Below, piece after piece: positions 27,576 through 37,073 of a DNA stretch of 59,380 bases. The stretch covers positions 1-59,380 of IMG/VR virus record IMGVR_UViG_3300046010_007017; one strand, 5' to 3'. Made by a program: the position numbers and the translations under genes. The stretch comes from a virus. Its lineage: Duplodnaviria > Caudoviricetes. Numbering within the stretch: the first letter of the stretch is position 1; every line of letters starts with the position of its first letter. The notes beneath the pieces were generated by a model. The model was not told where the DNA came from. It saw only the letters and a program-made list of their open reading frames with translations, and ran no database searches.

Positions 27576-29464
27576 TAGTTAATACCTGTTGTTATTGGTG
27601 TTCCTTCTGGTATTTTTCTGTTAGTAAATATATTGGTTAACCAAGGATTGTTTTCTGTTTCTCTATCTGTAACAAATGCTGGTAGAATTCCATTATTATT
27701 AGTTGGGAATTTGCGAGGTAAGAAATCATGGATTGGGGCAAATGTCATTGAAACATTTAACACGTGAGGTAATTCATATAAATTTCCTCTTTGTTCAGGA
27801 TCTGTTATTGCAATCTCCCAAGGTGAATCGTTACCAATAGTATAATTCATTGATTTGATAATGCCTGGTTGTCTATACATGTAATTACCTATAGTTAATT
27901 TCATATACGGTGCTCTCATTATATTATTTGAGTAATCAGGCATTACGTTTGAGTATAGATAATTTAATTTTTGCCACATTGGTTGAAGCTCAGCTTCAGA
28001 CATTGCTGCTACTTGGAAATTAAATGAAATATTTCTTTCAAATCCATTGTAAATGTAAAATGGTTCTCCTCTACCAACATAATTAACTGTACTCCATGAT
28101 GGGTTAGGATTGTCATTAATATCTTTTAAATATGCTCTAAATATCATCCAAGTACTTTGGTTAGGAGCATCATTATTTACAGCTTCAATTCTAAATTTAA
28201 TTAAGTCTCTTACATTATAACTTTTTCCTTTTATAAGAATATTAGTGCCTGGAGGTACATTTGATAGATATAATGGTGTTAGGTTAATTTGGTCTTGTTG
28301 TCCATTAGAACCACCTAATCCTAATCTACGTTCAATATTATACCCTTGAGGACCTCCTAAATCTAAAGTTTTATTTGTACCACTGTATGCTTTACCTGTA
28401 TAAGTAAATGATATTGAACCTGAAACTATTCCGTTTGTGTTTTTAACTATGTTAGCAGTACCAACTTTTGATCCTGAAATTTGAGTATCAATAGTTGTTT
28501 TTAACTTATTGTATGTTTTTCCCGTAGCAGCATAACTAATAACATTTTGATCAATTTGAGATGGAACTGTAGTTAAAGAACCAGTAGTTATGTTATTATT
28601 AGATGCTATTTCTGCTACACTTTCAAAATATTGTTCTGATAATCCTTGTGCTAAAAAGTAATCAACATCTGGTATTGGGCGTTTATATAATTCAGCTGAA
28701 TTAGTAGTTAGGTTAGTTGTTGTTGTTGGAGTTGTTGGTGTTCCAAATTGTCCTATACCAAAATTACCAGATATTAATCTTACCTCGTTTTGTACAGTTG
28801 TAGAAACATATCTGTTATATGGGGTATTACTTAATGTATTATTGTATCGTCTAATTGTAGTAGTACCTATACCATCTATAGAGCCAGGACCACTAACATA
28901 TTGGTTAATGTTAGAATCCGGGTATTCTAATAGTTTTGCTTTTAAAGCAACTAATCTATTGTTACCTGATATGTTATTTGCTACTACTACTCTAGAATAG
29001 GTTTGTCCTTCATTTAATATAGGAAGTAAACCATGTCTTGTAATGTGACCACCAAAAGCCGTTAATGGTACTTGGGCTAACGTGTTAAGACCTAAATTGT
29101 AAATACGAGTAGAACCTACAGCTCCTAATAATTTACCTAAAGCATCAGTTCTAGTTTCTAATTTAGGATTGGATAATTGTAATCCAACTTGTTTTGCAAT
29201 AAACAAAGGGCCTCTTGGAGCATCAGTAAGAAATTTCCCAATACGTACAGTATCAATACCAGAAGCATATGCTGCGCCTGTAAATCCACCTCTAATCAAT
29301 CCATTATCTGAATTCCATATATTGGTAGATGGTACTTGCTCTTGAAATGCAGGGGGTATCTTTGTAGTGATATAAGGTTCACCACTACTACCTCCACCTG
29401 GTGTATCACTGCCGTACTTTAATGTTCTTAATGAAGTTAAAGCCGCTTGTGTTACTATTGCCAT
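27575..29464 (-). CDS. baseplate / tail tube initiator-like protein
   Basis: C-terminal FRAYLKDIND..W..VNYVGRGEPFYIYNGFERNISFNF tube-fold pattern; lies between tape measure and LysM genes. Confidence 0.65.
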   Translation of the reverse strand: MAIVTQAALTSLRTLKYGSDTPGGGSSGEPYITTKIPPAFQEQVPSTNIWNSDNGLIRGGFTGAAYASGIDTVRIGKFLTDAPRGPLFIAKQVGLQLSNPKLETRTDALGKLLGAVGSTRIYNLGLNTLAQVPLTAFGGHITRHGLLPILNEGQTYSRVVVANNISGNNRLVALKAKLLEYPDSNINQYVSGPGSIDGIGTTTIRRYNNTLSNTPYNRYVSTTVQNEVRLISGNFGIGQFGTPTTPTTTTNLTTNSAELYKRPIPDVDYFLAQGLSEQYFESVAEIASNNNITTGSLTTVPSQIDQNVISYAATGKTYNKLKTTIDTQISGSKVGTANIVKNTNGIVSGSISFTYTGKAYSGTNKTLDLGGPQGYNIERRLGLGGSNGQQDQINLTPLYLSNVPPGTNILIKGKSYNVRDLIKFRIEAVNNDAPNQSTWMIFRAYLKDINDNPNPSWSTVNYVGRGEPFYIYNGFERNISFNFQVAAMSEAELQPMWQKLNYLYSNVMPDYSNNIMRAPYMKLTIGNYMYRQPGIIKSMNYTIGNDSPWEIAITDPEQRGNLYELPHVLNVSMTFAPIHDFLPRKFPTNNNGILPAFVTDRETENNPWLTNIFTNRKIPEGTPITTGIN

Positions 29465-29739
29465 TATCTAGGTAATTTATCGGTATATCTTTTACCTGTT
29501 GCGTTTCTATACGTACTAGTATTTGTGATATCATTTGAATCCAATGATGTCGGAGCTGGTTTTGGTGGAACAAATCCTGCACCCACCATATTGATTGTAG
29601 GATTGCCATTAAGAGAATACTCATCATGACGTGATCCTGGAGGGTTAGGGTCTACTTTAGACATTTTGTTAGATGGTACATTTCCACCACCCCATCCTAG
29701 TCTACTTACACCGCCTGCTAATAAATTTAATAAGCCCAT
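29464..29739 (-). CDS. hypothetical virion-region protein
   Basis: Gly/Pro-rich 91 aa with late motif at 29761-29768. Confidence 0.65.
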   Translation of the reverse strand: MGLLNLLAGGVSRLGWGGGNVPSNKMSKVDPNPPGSRHDEYSLNGNPTINMVGAGFVPPKPAPTSLDSNDITNTSTYRNATGKRYTDKLPR

Positions 29740-29768
29740 GTTTTTATTGTTTATGTTTGATATAAATA

Positions 29769-32096
29769 TTACGCTAAGTTATAGTTAGTCATAAGTTGAG
29801 CAGTACCCACTTTTTGAGCTCCTATATATACATTACCTTCTTTACTGTTTAATTTATTTAAAGCACTATTTGTTTGTTCTGTTTTTGCTAAAAGAGCATC
29901 AAATTTAGCTATTAGTTCTGAATTGTCTTGTGCAACTACTGTTTGTCCTGGTCTGTTTATCATATCACCTAAACCAGGTGCTGCTGCAAATTCATCGTTA
30001 TCGCTTAGTGAAAATAATCCACCTTCTTTAGGTGATACTATTGTTTTACCCCCAGATGAGAACATATCACCTGTTTCAACAGCATCATCTTTAAAAGCAC
30101 TATAAGCACCTGCAATAAGTGTTACAGCAGCTGCTATACCAGCGGCTGCTAATCCGAATGTAAGAGCAGAAGAAGCGGTTGCTGATCCTGCTGCTAATAA
30201 TCCTGCTTGAACAGCAGATGCTGCTAATCCTGCTACTAATTTAGTAAATGAAAGAGCAGCCATAGTTGACATAACTCCGTATAATACAATAGAATTTTCC
30301 ATTAATGAAGCAACCATATCGACAAATTTACCTAATGGACCACCAACTATTTTACCAACAATATCTTGCATTTTTTCCATTGCAAGATTAAATTTATCTT
30401 GAGCATTTAATGCTTCTAAGCGTTTAGCAACTTCGTCACCTGCTAATGCTGCAACTTCTGATTGAGATTTACCTAAATATTGTTGTTTTAATAATTGGTC
30501 TGATAATTCATCTGATGATAATCCTAAAGCATCTGCTACTTTATTTTGTGCAATAACATTCATGTTTGAAAACTTATTAAAGTCAATATTTTGACTATTA
30601 AGTTCTTTCATCACGGTTGTTAAATCACCTGTTAAAGCAGCTGTTCTAGCTCTCTCTAAATTTAAACTTTGGTTTATTAATAATTCAGCTTGTAATTCAC
30701 TTTCTATTGATGATTCAAAGTTAAGTAAAGATGATGCTTGTTTACGTGCTACGTCTAAATTAGTTCCTAATAATTTTGCTTGAGCAACTGCTTGAGCTAA
30801 TGCCTGGGGATTAGCTTTAAACATTGCTAATGTCTGTCCTGATATTTTACCTATTTCTTCAAGTACTTCTCTTTGGTTTAATTGAATACCGTATTGAGAA
30901 GATAAACTCTGAGATGTTTCTAAAGCAATGTTTTTAGATTCTTCTAATGTTCTGCCTGTAGCGATAGATAATTTAGCTAAACCACCTGCTGCTTCTTCAC
31001 TTAGTCCAATTTGTTTAGTTAATTTAATAAACTGTATGTTTAAATCAGATGTAAATTTAGAACTAAATCCTAATTGTTTACCTAATTCAATACTTGCTTC
31101 AACTAGACGAGCAGTATTAACAGCAGCGTCACCAGAAGCAACTGCTATATTATTAAAGTCTTGTCTTAAGTCATATGCTTCATCTCTACTTAATACTAAA
31201 TTCTTTTGTAATTTAGTTACTTGATCAGAAACGGCAAATGCAAACTTTTTAAGTGCATCAAATATAGCTACTAATGGACCTGCTGCTGCTGCTGCTTCTT
31301 TAAGACCTTGACCAAATGTAGCAGCATCTTTACTTTGTAATTTTCCAAGTATAGTACTTTCCTTTTGTGCTTTTAAAAGCGCCTCAGCATTTTCTATTTC
31401 TTCTTCGTATTGCTCTACTAAAGTTTTATGAGTAGTAATTATACCGTCAACTTGTTGCTTTTCTTTTGCTTTTTGACTTATAAGTTTTTCAGTATTTTTA
31501 GACAATATTTCAGAAACTTTTATAGTTTCATATTCATCTTTAAGTTGTTCTTTTAGTTGCTTTATTCTATCAGTAGCATTTTTCTTTCCTGTTTGACTTA
31601 TTACAGTTGCTGCTAGTTCTTGTTGTTGTGCTATTTGTTGTTGAATAGTATCTATTCTAAGATCAGCAGCAATAATATCATCTCGTCTCTTAATTTCATC
31701 CTTTTCTAACTGCGCTATTTCATCTTTAAGACTTTTTTGTTTTAAAAGAAATCTACCTGTTTCTTTAAACGATGCTTCGTTTTGATAGAGATAATTTTGA
31801 AATTTTTCTTGAAGATTGTTAATATGGTTTTGAACTTCTGCTTCCTTAGCTTTACCCGCTGCTACTCTTCTTGATATTTTATTTGTATCTTCTAATGCTT
31901 TTCTATATTCATTAGTTGTTTTAACTAAATTATTATTAGCCGCTGCTGAAAATTTTAAGCTAGTAGGTAACGTTTCAACTAATTTAGATAGTTGTTTACT
32001 TAAATTAATTGATTCTTTTAGGGCATTATTAAAGTCACTTAACGATTTGTTTGAGTCGTTAATGTCTTTTTTATTTTGTTCAAAGTCTTCAGCCAT
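29769..32096 (-). CDS. tape measure protein
   Basis: Long helical/coiled-coil protein with an Ala-rich hydrophobic segment, downstream of tube and chaperone genes. Confidence 0.8.
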   Translation of the reverse strand: MAEDFEQNKKDINDSNKSLSDFNNALKESINLSKQLSKLVETLPTSLKFSAAANNNLVKTTNEYRKALEDTNKISRRVAAGKAKEAEVQNHINNLQEKFQNYLYQNEASFKETGRFLLKQKSLKDEIAQLEKDEIKRRDDIIAADLRIDTIQQQIAQQQELAATVISQTGKKNATDRIKQLKEQLKDEYETIKVSEILSKNTEKLISQKAKEKQQVDGIITTHKTLVEQYEEEIENAEALLKAQKESTILGKLQSKDAATFGQGLKEAAAAAGPLVAIFDALKKFAFAVSDQVTKLQKNLVLSRDEAYDLRQDFNNIAVASGDAAVNTARLVEASIELGKQLGFSSKFTSDLNIQFIKLTKQIGLSEEAAGGLAKLSIATGRTLEESKNIALETSQSLSSQYGIQLNQREVLEEIGKISGQTLAMFKANPQALAQAVAQAKLLGTNLDVARKQASSLLNFESSIESELQAELLINQSLNLERARTAALTGDLTTVMKELNSQNIDFNKFSNMNVIAQNKVADALGLSSDELSDQLLKQQYLGKSQSEVAALAGDEVAKRLEALNAQDKFNLAMEKMQDIVGKIVGGPLGKFVDMVASLMENSIVLYGVMSTMAALSFTKLVAGLAASAVQAGLLAAGSATASSALTFGLAAAGIAAAVTLIAGAYSAFKDDAVETGDMFSSGGKTIVSPKEGGLFSLSDNDEFAAAPGLGDMINRPGQTVVAQDNSELIAKFDALLAKTEQTNSALNKLNSKEGNVYIGAQKVGTAQLMTNYNLA

Positions 32097-32121
32097 ATTA
32101 TAATATTACGCAAATAAATAT

Positions 32122-32148
32122 GAAAAGCCCTACTTTCGTGGGCTTTTC
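32122..32148. terminator. GC-stem hairpin, probable terminator
   Basis: GAAAAGCCC-TACTTTCGT-GGGCTTTTC inverted repeat just before the late motif of the tape measure gene. Confidence 0.65.
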
Positions 32149-32396
32149 GCAGTGTAAGTTGGTTTTATGTTGGGTTTCGCTGTTTGCGCTATTTTTGCCT
32201 TTAATGCGTTTTGTTTTTGTATATTTTCGTCTTCTTTATTTTTCTTTTCGTAATGTGCTCGTATTTGATTGTAAATATAATCACGATAACGAATTGGCAT
32301 ATTATATACAGTAGCCCAATCATATCCACCATTTCCATAAAATACTATTTCATGTACTCGGGAGAATATATGTTCTCTATATCTAGGCGTCAGGCC
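32130..32396 (-). CDS. frameshift extension of tail chaperone (gp51/gpT-like), no proper own start
   Basis: Open frame GLTPRYREHIFSRVHEIVFYGNGGYDWATVYNMPIRYRDYIY...SPRK* begins right after a T7 tract; not in ORF track. Confidence 0.7.
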   Translation of the reverse strand, partial: GLTPRYREHIFSRVHEIVFYGNGGYDWATVYNMPIRYRDYIYNQIRAHYEKKNKEDENIQKQNALKAKIAQTAKPNIKPTYTAKSPRK

Positions 32397-33138
32397 AAAA
32401 AAAGTTAATATTAATTGGTATAACTACGCCCTCCTGTACGTAGCCATCCTTGTCGATTGTAATTTCGGTATCAATGTCAGGTGATATTTCGTTATAGTAT
32501 TTTTTAAATGCTCTAGAATCTGGAGCAAGTAATAGATTATCTACAAAATCACGAATTGATGCTTGATCTGCTTTACCATTAATGGAAGTAATCATGTGTT
32601 TTAAACGAGTGGTACCTTCAAATGAACCGTTTGGATCTATTTTTTGTAAACCTTTAAGTTCAGAATCAATTGCCTTTTCGTCTTTACCAGTTAGTAACTT
32701 AAACGTAATAACATTTCCTGATTTTGGTAATGAAAATTTAAATTCATTTTTACCTTTTTCGAATAATGTTTCGTTTAATTCTTTTTCTTTTAGTGTAGTT
32801 AAATCTACAGTATAATTTTCATCTTTACCTGTTGATTCGTTTCTAAACTTAATGTCATAATCCTTACCATACCCTAAAATACGAGCAGCGAATAATATTG
32901 CATTTTTATCGCCTGTAATTAAATCATCAATATCAATTGGTGATACAATTAGTGATTTTAATAACTTGTCAACTGCTGTACCTTGCTTAATAAAGTTGAT
33001 GTTAGTCAAAATGTCTTCATCTTTAGCGCTCATATAGCGCATTTCGATTTCGCCTGAAGATAACGGTGATGTTTCGGAATAAACAAGACCTTTAGATGGT
33101 AGTGTGACTGTTTCTGTTGGAATTTTTAAATCTGTCAT
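32383..33138 (-). CDS. T4 gp26-like baseplate hub assembly / tail assembly chaperone
   Basis: VTLPSKG, MRYMSAKDEDIL, GDKNAILFAARILGYG, C-terminal NFFWPDA. Confidence 0.82.
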   Translation of the reverse strand: MTDLKIPTETVTLPSKGLVYSETSPLSSGEIEMRYMSAKDEDILTNINFIKQGTAVDKLLKSLIVSPIDIDDLITGDKNAILFAARILGYGKDYDIKFRNESTGKDENYTVDLTTLKEKELNETLFEKGKNEFKFSLPKSGNVITFKLLTGKDEKAIDSELKGLQKIDPNGSFEGTTRLKHMITSINGKADQASIRDFVDNLLLAPDSRAFKKYYNEISPDIDTEITIDKDGYVQEGVVIPININFFWPDA

Positions 33139-33189
33139 AAACTAATTTTATTTGTGTATATATAAATATAATAAAATAAAGTTTTTGCA

Positions 33190-33217
33190 TAAAAAAACCC
33201 GGTATTTCTACCGGGTT
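33190..33217 (-). terminator. intrinsic terminator
   Basis: Minus strand AACCCGGTA-GAAA-TACCGGGTT followed by TTTTT. Confidence 0.88.
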
Positions 33218-33270
33218 CTATACTCCAACGAGTGACACACCACATATCACTCATATCACCTTGTTATTTT

Positions 33271-33657
33271 TTAAAAAGCCCCTGTATTTACCATTAATAA
33301 TGCTAATTCAGTTGAATCGCCTTTCATTGCTTTTTCAGCAGCGGCTTTAACTTTAGCAGGGTCAATTTTTTTATCTTTAATTGCTTTTTCAACAGCAACT
33401 GCATCAGCTGTTACGCCTTCTACTTCTTCTAATGTAGTTTCTTTTAAAGATTTGTAAGCTTCAGCTAATTTTTTGTATTTTGCTTTAGCTGCTTTTTCAC
33501 CAGCAGCATATCCAGCACCATATACATCTTCTTCGCCTTTGTCTTTAGCATCTACGTCTTTAGAGCCTTTATCTACACGTTGAAATTCACTATATTTTTC
33601 GTCTAGTACTTCAGCGATACACTCTTGTACTAATGAATGTAATTCTTGTTTTTTCAT
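33271..33657 (-). CDS. hypothetical protein (possible head internal protein)
   Basis: MKKQELHSLVQECIAEVLDE N-terminus, Ala/Lys-rich. Confidence 0.65.
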   Translation of the reverse strand: MKKQELHSLVQECIAEVLDEKYSEFQRVDKGSKDVDAKDKGEEDVYGAGYAAGEKAAKAKYKKLAEAYKSLKETTLEEVEGVTADAVAVEKAIKDKKIDPAKVKAAAEKAMKGDSTELALLMVNTGAF

Positions 33658-33663
33658 ATACTA

Positions 33664-34155
33664 TTAGTAGTTTAAGATACAATAATCCATTCCGATAGTT
33701 ACAGTTAAGTTAACTGCTTCTGTGTAAGTTGACCAATCGTAATCGTCAAAGTTACCTGTCTTAATGAAGGCACCTTTAATGATCCACTCTGATACAACAT
33801 CACCTACTGGTCCTAGACCATTGAATGTTAAGTCTTTCTTATAGAAATCAGAGTAACCAGCTCTACCAGTTACTGATTCGTATCCTAAACGAGCCCATTC
33901 CATTACTGCTTGAGCGCCTGAAGGAGCGATTGGATCGAATAGTGTAAGAGTCATATCACCCCAAATTCTCTTTCCACTACGGATTTTTCTATAAGTGTTA
34001 ATGTGATCAAGTATAATTTCACCGTCGTCGAAGGTTACTGCACTTACACCTTTAATTATATATGCTGGAATACCGTCTACATATAGTATGAATCTATTTG
34101 GGGTTTTAGGTTCATACTGAGTAAACATGATTTCATTTGCGTCTAATACTGCCAT
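33664..34155 (-). CDS. tail tube protein (T4 gp19-like)
   Basis: EPKTPNRF, WGDMTLTLFDPIAPSGAQAVMEW, YKKDL, EWIIKGAF; follows the sheath gene. Confidence 0.92.
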   Translation of the reverse strand: MAVLDANEIMFTQYEPKTPNRFILYVDGIPAYIIKGVSAVTFDDGEIILDHINTYRKIRSGKRIWGDMTLTLFDPIAPSGAQAVMEWARLGYESVTGRAGYSDFYKKDLTFNGLGPVGDVVSEWIIKGAFIKTGNFDDYDWSTYTEAVNLTVTIGMDYCILNY

Positions 34156-34189
34156 TTTATGTTGTGTTTTATTCTATTATAAATATTTC

Positions 34190-35959
34190 TTAAGCTGGGA
34201 ATTCAACTCCTGTTGGTAATACTGTGAAATCTAAGATTACAAATTCAGCTGTTTTAGTTGGTTGAATATAGATTTGACCAATTAATTGATTTCTATCTAC
34301 AACATCTGGAGTGTTGATTGATTCATCCATTACAACTTTATAAGCGTATAAACCTTGTTTTTGTACAACATTATCTAAGTAAGGGTTAACTTGGTTCAAG
34401 AATTTGTTTCTTGTAACTGCTGTATTTTGTTCAAATACTAAGCCACGTCCTACAGAACCGATATAATTCTTAAGAGCAATTAATAAACGTCTAACATTTA
34501 CTCTATCTAAAGCGCTAGCTTTTTGTTGTAACGTCTTTTGACCAAATACTACAACACCTTGTCCAGGGAATGTAGCTAATGGGTTAACGTTATCTGTGTA
34601 TAATGTATTTCTATCGTTTAATGATAATTTTCTTTCTACTTTAATTACATTAGGAATAGTACCTCTAGTTAAACCTGCAGGAGCAAACCATGGAGCACTT
34701 ACTTCGTCTGTGAAAGCAAATACACCACCCATTACTACTGAAGCTGGAACCCATACTAATTTACCCATTGCTGAACTAAACACTTGACACCATGGCCAAT
34801 AAGTAGCACCGTAGCTTGAATTAGAAGCATTAGCTGCTGTTGCAGCACTTGTAATTGTACCACCGTAAGGAACAGTATCAACTACTGCTAATGAATCTGC
34901 TCTACTTTGTGCTAAAGCAATTGGATCAGCACCGTTCGCACCAATGTTAATTGATGAGTTACCACCTGCTAAAAATAAACCTGGAGTTAATAATAAGTTG
35001 AATGCATATTCATCTGTATTGTTAAGTAAGTTTAATGCTGGAGCGTAGTTAGCTGTTGTAAAACCTTGAGCATTTGAAACACCACTAATGATAGCTTCAA
35101 ACATGAAACGAGATAAACTTGTATCAACTACACCACCATTAAATGCACCACCTACTGATCCACTTCCTGGATTTGGTAAACTTGCACTGTATTGAGATGC
35201 TAGGTAAACACCATTGTTATTAAATGTATTGTGTTGTGCTTGAGCTACACTAGCTACTCTTACGTATCTTGAAGCGTTAGCAAAATCACCTGTATAGTTA
35301 ATGTATCCTTGACCATCTGTTGCTGAGTAAGTGTAAACTGGTTTTGTGTTACCAAGTACACGAGCAATATAGTTAGGTTCGTTAACGTCCATAGACAAGT
35401 TAGTCCATGTTTCTAAAATATTCTTTTGAGCGTTGTTATCGTTACCGCTTCTTACTAACAATGTAAATGTACCTTGACTGTAATTAACGTTGCTAACTTC
35501 CCAACGAACGTTGTCAGCGCTACCACTTGGTAAAGCACCAGAAACTTCAGTACCACCTTGGTTGTTCATTTGAGAACCCCAAGCTAATGTTTCTAACACA
35601 AAGCTTGTTGCTAATGAACCACTTGAAGCTACACTTGATGATGCGAAACTAGATAATGCCGTACTACCAGTACCAGCATTTGTAATTCTAGTTACCAATA
35701 AAGTACCACCACCATTTTCAAAGTAGTTTCTTGCTGCTATTGATGTGAAATACTCATTGTTACCACCGTTTCCGTTGTTGAATGTAAGACCGAATTTTGC
35801 GATGTAGTCACTATATGAAGTAACAACTGTAGGTACATAAGGTACGCCATTTACAGTTGGACCGACGATAGCTGCACCAACGGTGATTGGTCCTAAAGCT
35901 ACTGCGCTTTGGTCACTTTCGTTGGTATATACACCAGGAGAGATAATTGCTTCTGCCAT
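34190..35959 (-). CDS. tail sheath protein (T4 gp18-like)
   Basis: SPGVYTNE, YGATYWPW, PWFAPAGLTRG, FGQKTLQ, LDRVNVRRLL, PTKTAEFVILDF. Confidence 0.96.
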   Translation of the reverse strand: MAEAIISPGVYTNESDQSAVALGPITVGAAIVGPTVNGVPYVPTVVTSYSDYIAKFGLTFNNGNGGNNEYFTSIAARNYFENGGGTLLVTRITNAGTGSTALSSFASSSVASSGSLATSFVLETLAWGSQMNNQGGTEVSGALPSGSADNVRWEVSNVNYSQGTFTLLVRSGNDNNAQKNILETWTNLSMDVNEPNYIARVLGNTKPVYTYSATDGQGYINYTGDFANASRYVRVASVAQAQHNTFNNNGVYLASQYSASLPNPGSGSVGGAFNGGVVDTSLSRFMFEAIISGVSNAQGFTTANYAPALNLLNNTDEYAFNLLLTPGLFLAGGNSSINIGANGADPIALAQSRADSLAVVDTVPYGGTITSAATAANASNSSYGATYWPWCQVFSSAMGKLVWVPASVVMGGVFAFTDEVSAPWFAPAGLTRGTIPNVIKVERKLSLNDRNTLYTDNVNPLATFPGQGVVVFGQKTLQQKASALDRVNVRRLLIALKNYIGSVGRGLVFEQNTAVTRNKFLNQVNPYLDNVVQKQGLYAYKVVMDESINTPDVVDRNQLIGQIYIQPTKTAEFVILDFTVLPTGVEFPA

Positions 35960-36039
35960 GTTATATTCTTTTATTTAAATTTTGATTGGGTTTGTTCTAA
36001 GTATAAATATTCTAAAAGCCCTACAAAACTAAACTAGGG

Positions 36040-36324
36040 TTACTTAAGTTCACCAGTCTCTAAATCCACTTGCTTCTCCCCGTATTTATCACCTAATTTG
36101 CGACTTATTTCTTGCTGTTGTGCCATCATTGTTTTTATATGCACTAAAGTATTAAGTTTTTCGCCTTTTAATTCGTCTAATTGTGCTTCAGCAGCGTGAA
36201 TGCTGTAGTCTAATGATCCTAAATCGACTAATGCTTTTTGGTACGCTATTTGAATTTCTTTAAATTCTTGTAATTCTTCAGGCGTTAATTTATTTTCAGA
36301 CATGTTTTTAGTTTTTTTTATCAT
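36040..36324 (-). CDS. coiled-coil hypothetical protein
   Basis: KLTPEELQE...KYGEKQVDLETGE. Confidence 0.7.
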   Translation of the reverse strand: MIKKTKNMSENKLTPEELQEFKEIQIAYQKALVDLGSLDYSIHAAEAQLDELKGEKLNTLVHIKTMMAQQQEISRKLGDKYGEKQVDLETGELK

Positions 36325-36330
36325 AACGTT

Positions 36331-36564
36331 TTATTTTTCCCACTTATTTTCAGGACATGAGCCCTTATCTTCAGCAAATATTTTTTTGTCTAATGGGCAT
36401 CCACATAAACCACAATAATAAAAATCAATTAATGTTGTGTTTTGCTTACGGTGTTCACATCCATTACATACAGAAGCTCTGTATTCAGCTATAACCTGTT
36501 GTTCAGGAGATGGATTAGCAGCTGCAATCCATGCACCTGCTATCTCCTTAAATTTCTTAAACAT
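36331..36564 (-). CDS. small Cys-rich zinc-binding protein
   Basis: R..VCNGC...CGLCGC...CPENKW. Confidence 0.7.
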   Translation of the reverse strand: MFKKFKEIAGAWIAAANPSPEQQVIAEYRASVCNGCEHRKQNTTLIDFYYCGLCGCPLDKKIFAEDKGSCPENKWEK

Positions 36565-37031
36565 TATTCAGCAACGATTAATTTATTAAATACTGGATAG
36601 TCTTCTTTTGTTGTCATTTTATCAAAACTAGACAACTTGAAAGGTTTATATTCTATTTCTTTCTTTTGTAATAAAATATCATCAAGTTCTTTTTGAAACT
36701 CAATAAATTTAGGATTCAATTTAAATAATTTCTTTTCAGTTCCGTCTTCAGCGGTTTCAACACCTGCTTCAACTGATACAGAAATACTTGTGTTACCAGT
36801 TTCATCTGTTTCACCGTACTTCAAAATTAATTCATCACGTAATTTGTTTACGATAGCTTCTTCTGTAGTAGCAGTTTCACCTGTTTTGTGAATCCAATAC
36901 TTTACAGAATGCGAAATTTCTTGTTTTAATAAACCTTCAGTTAACACCTCACCAGTTTGTTGGTTTTGTGTTCCGTAAATTTCTGCTTTTAATCTTACGA
37001 TTTCTTCTAATGTTAATTCGATTTTTTCCAT
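36564..37031 (-). CDS. hypothetical protein (DUF1617-like)
   Basis: LRDELILKYG...FQKELDDIL; late motif at 37058-37065. Confidence 0.6.
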   Translation of the reverse strand: MEKIELTLEEIVRLKAEIYGTQNQQTGEVLTEGLLKQEISHSVKYWIHKTGETATTEEAIVNKLRDELILKYGETDETGNTSISVSVEAGVETAEDGTEKKLFKLNPKFIEFQKELDDILLQKKEIEYKPFKLSSFDKMTTKEDYPVFNKLIVAE

Positions 37032-37073
37032 AAACTTTTTAATTGTTTGTTATTGTATATAAATATATAAATT

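Noticed and set aside
32120-32408. Plus-strand ORFs 32120-32314 and 32211-32408 apparently filling an intergenic gap
   Set aside because: The gap is better explained by the minus-strand frameshift extension; the plus ORFs are Phe-rich mirror images of its Lys/Glu codons.
36013-36040. Terminator upstream of the sheath promoter (CCCTA...TAGGG-CTTTT)
   Set aside because: Only a 5-bp stem with an 11-nt loop; too weak to call.
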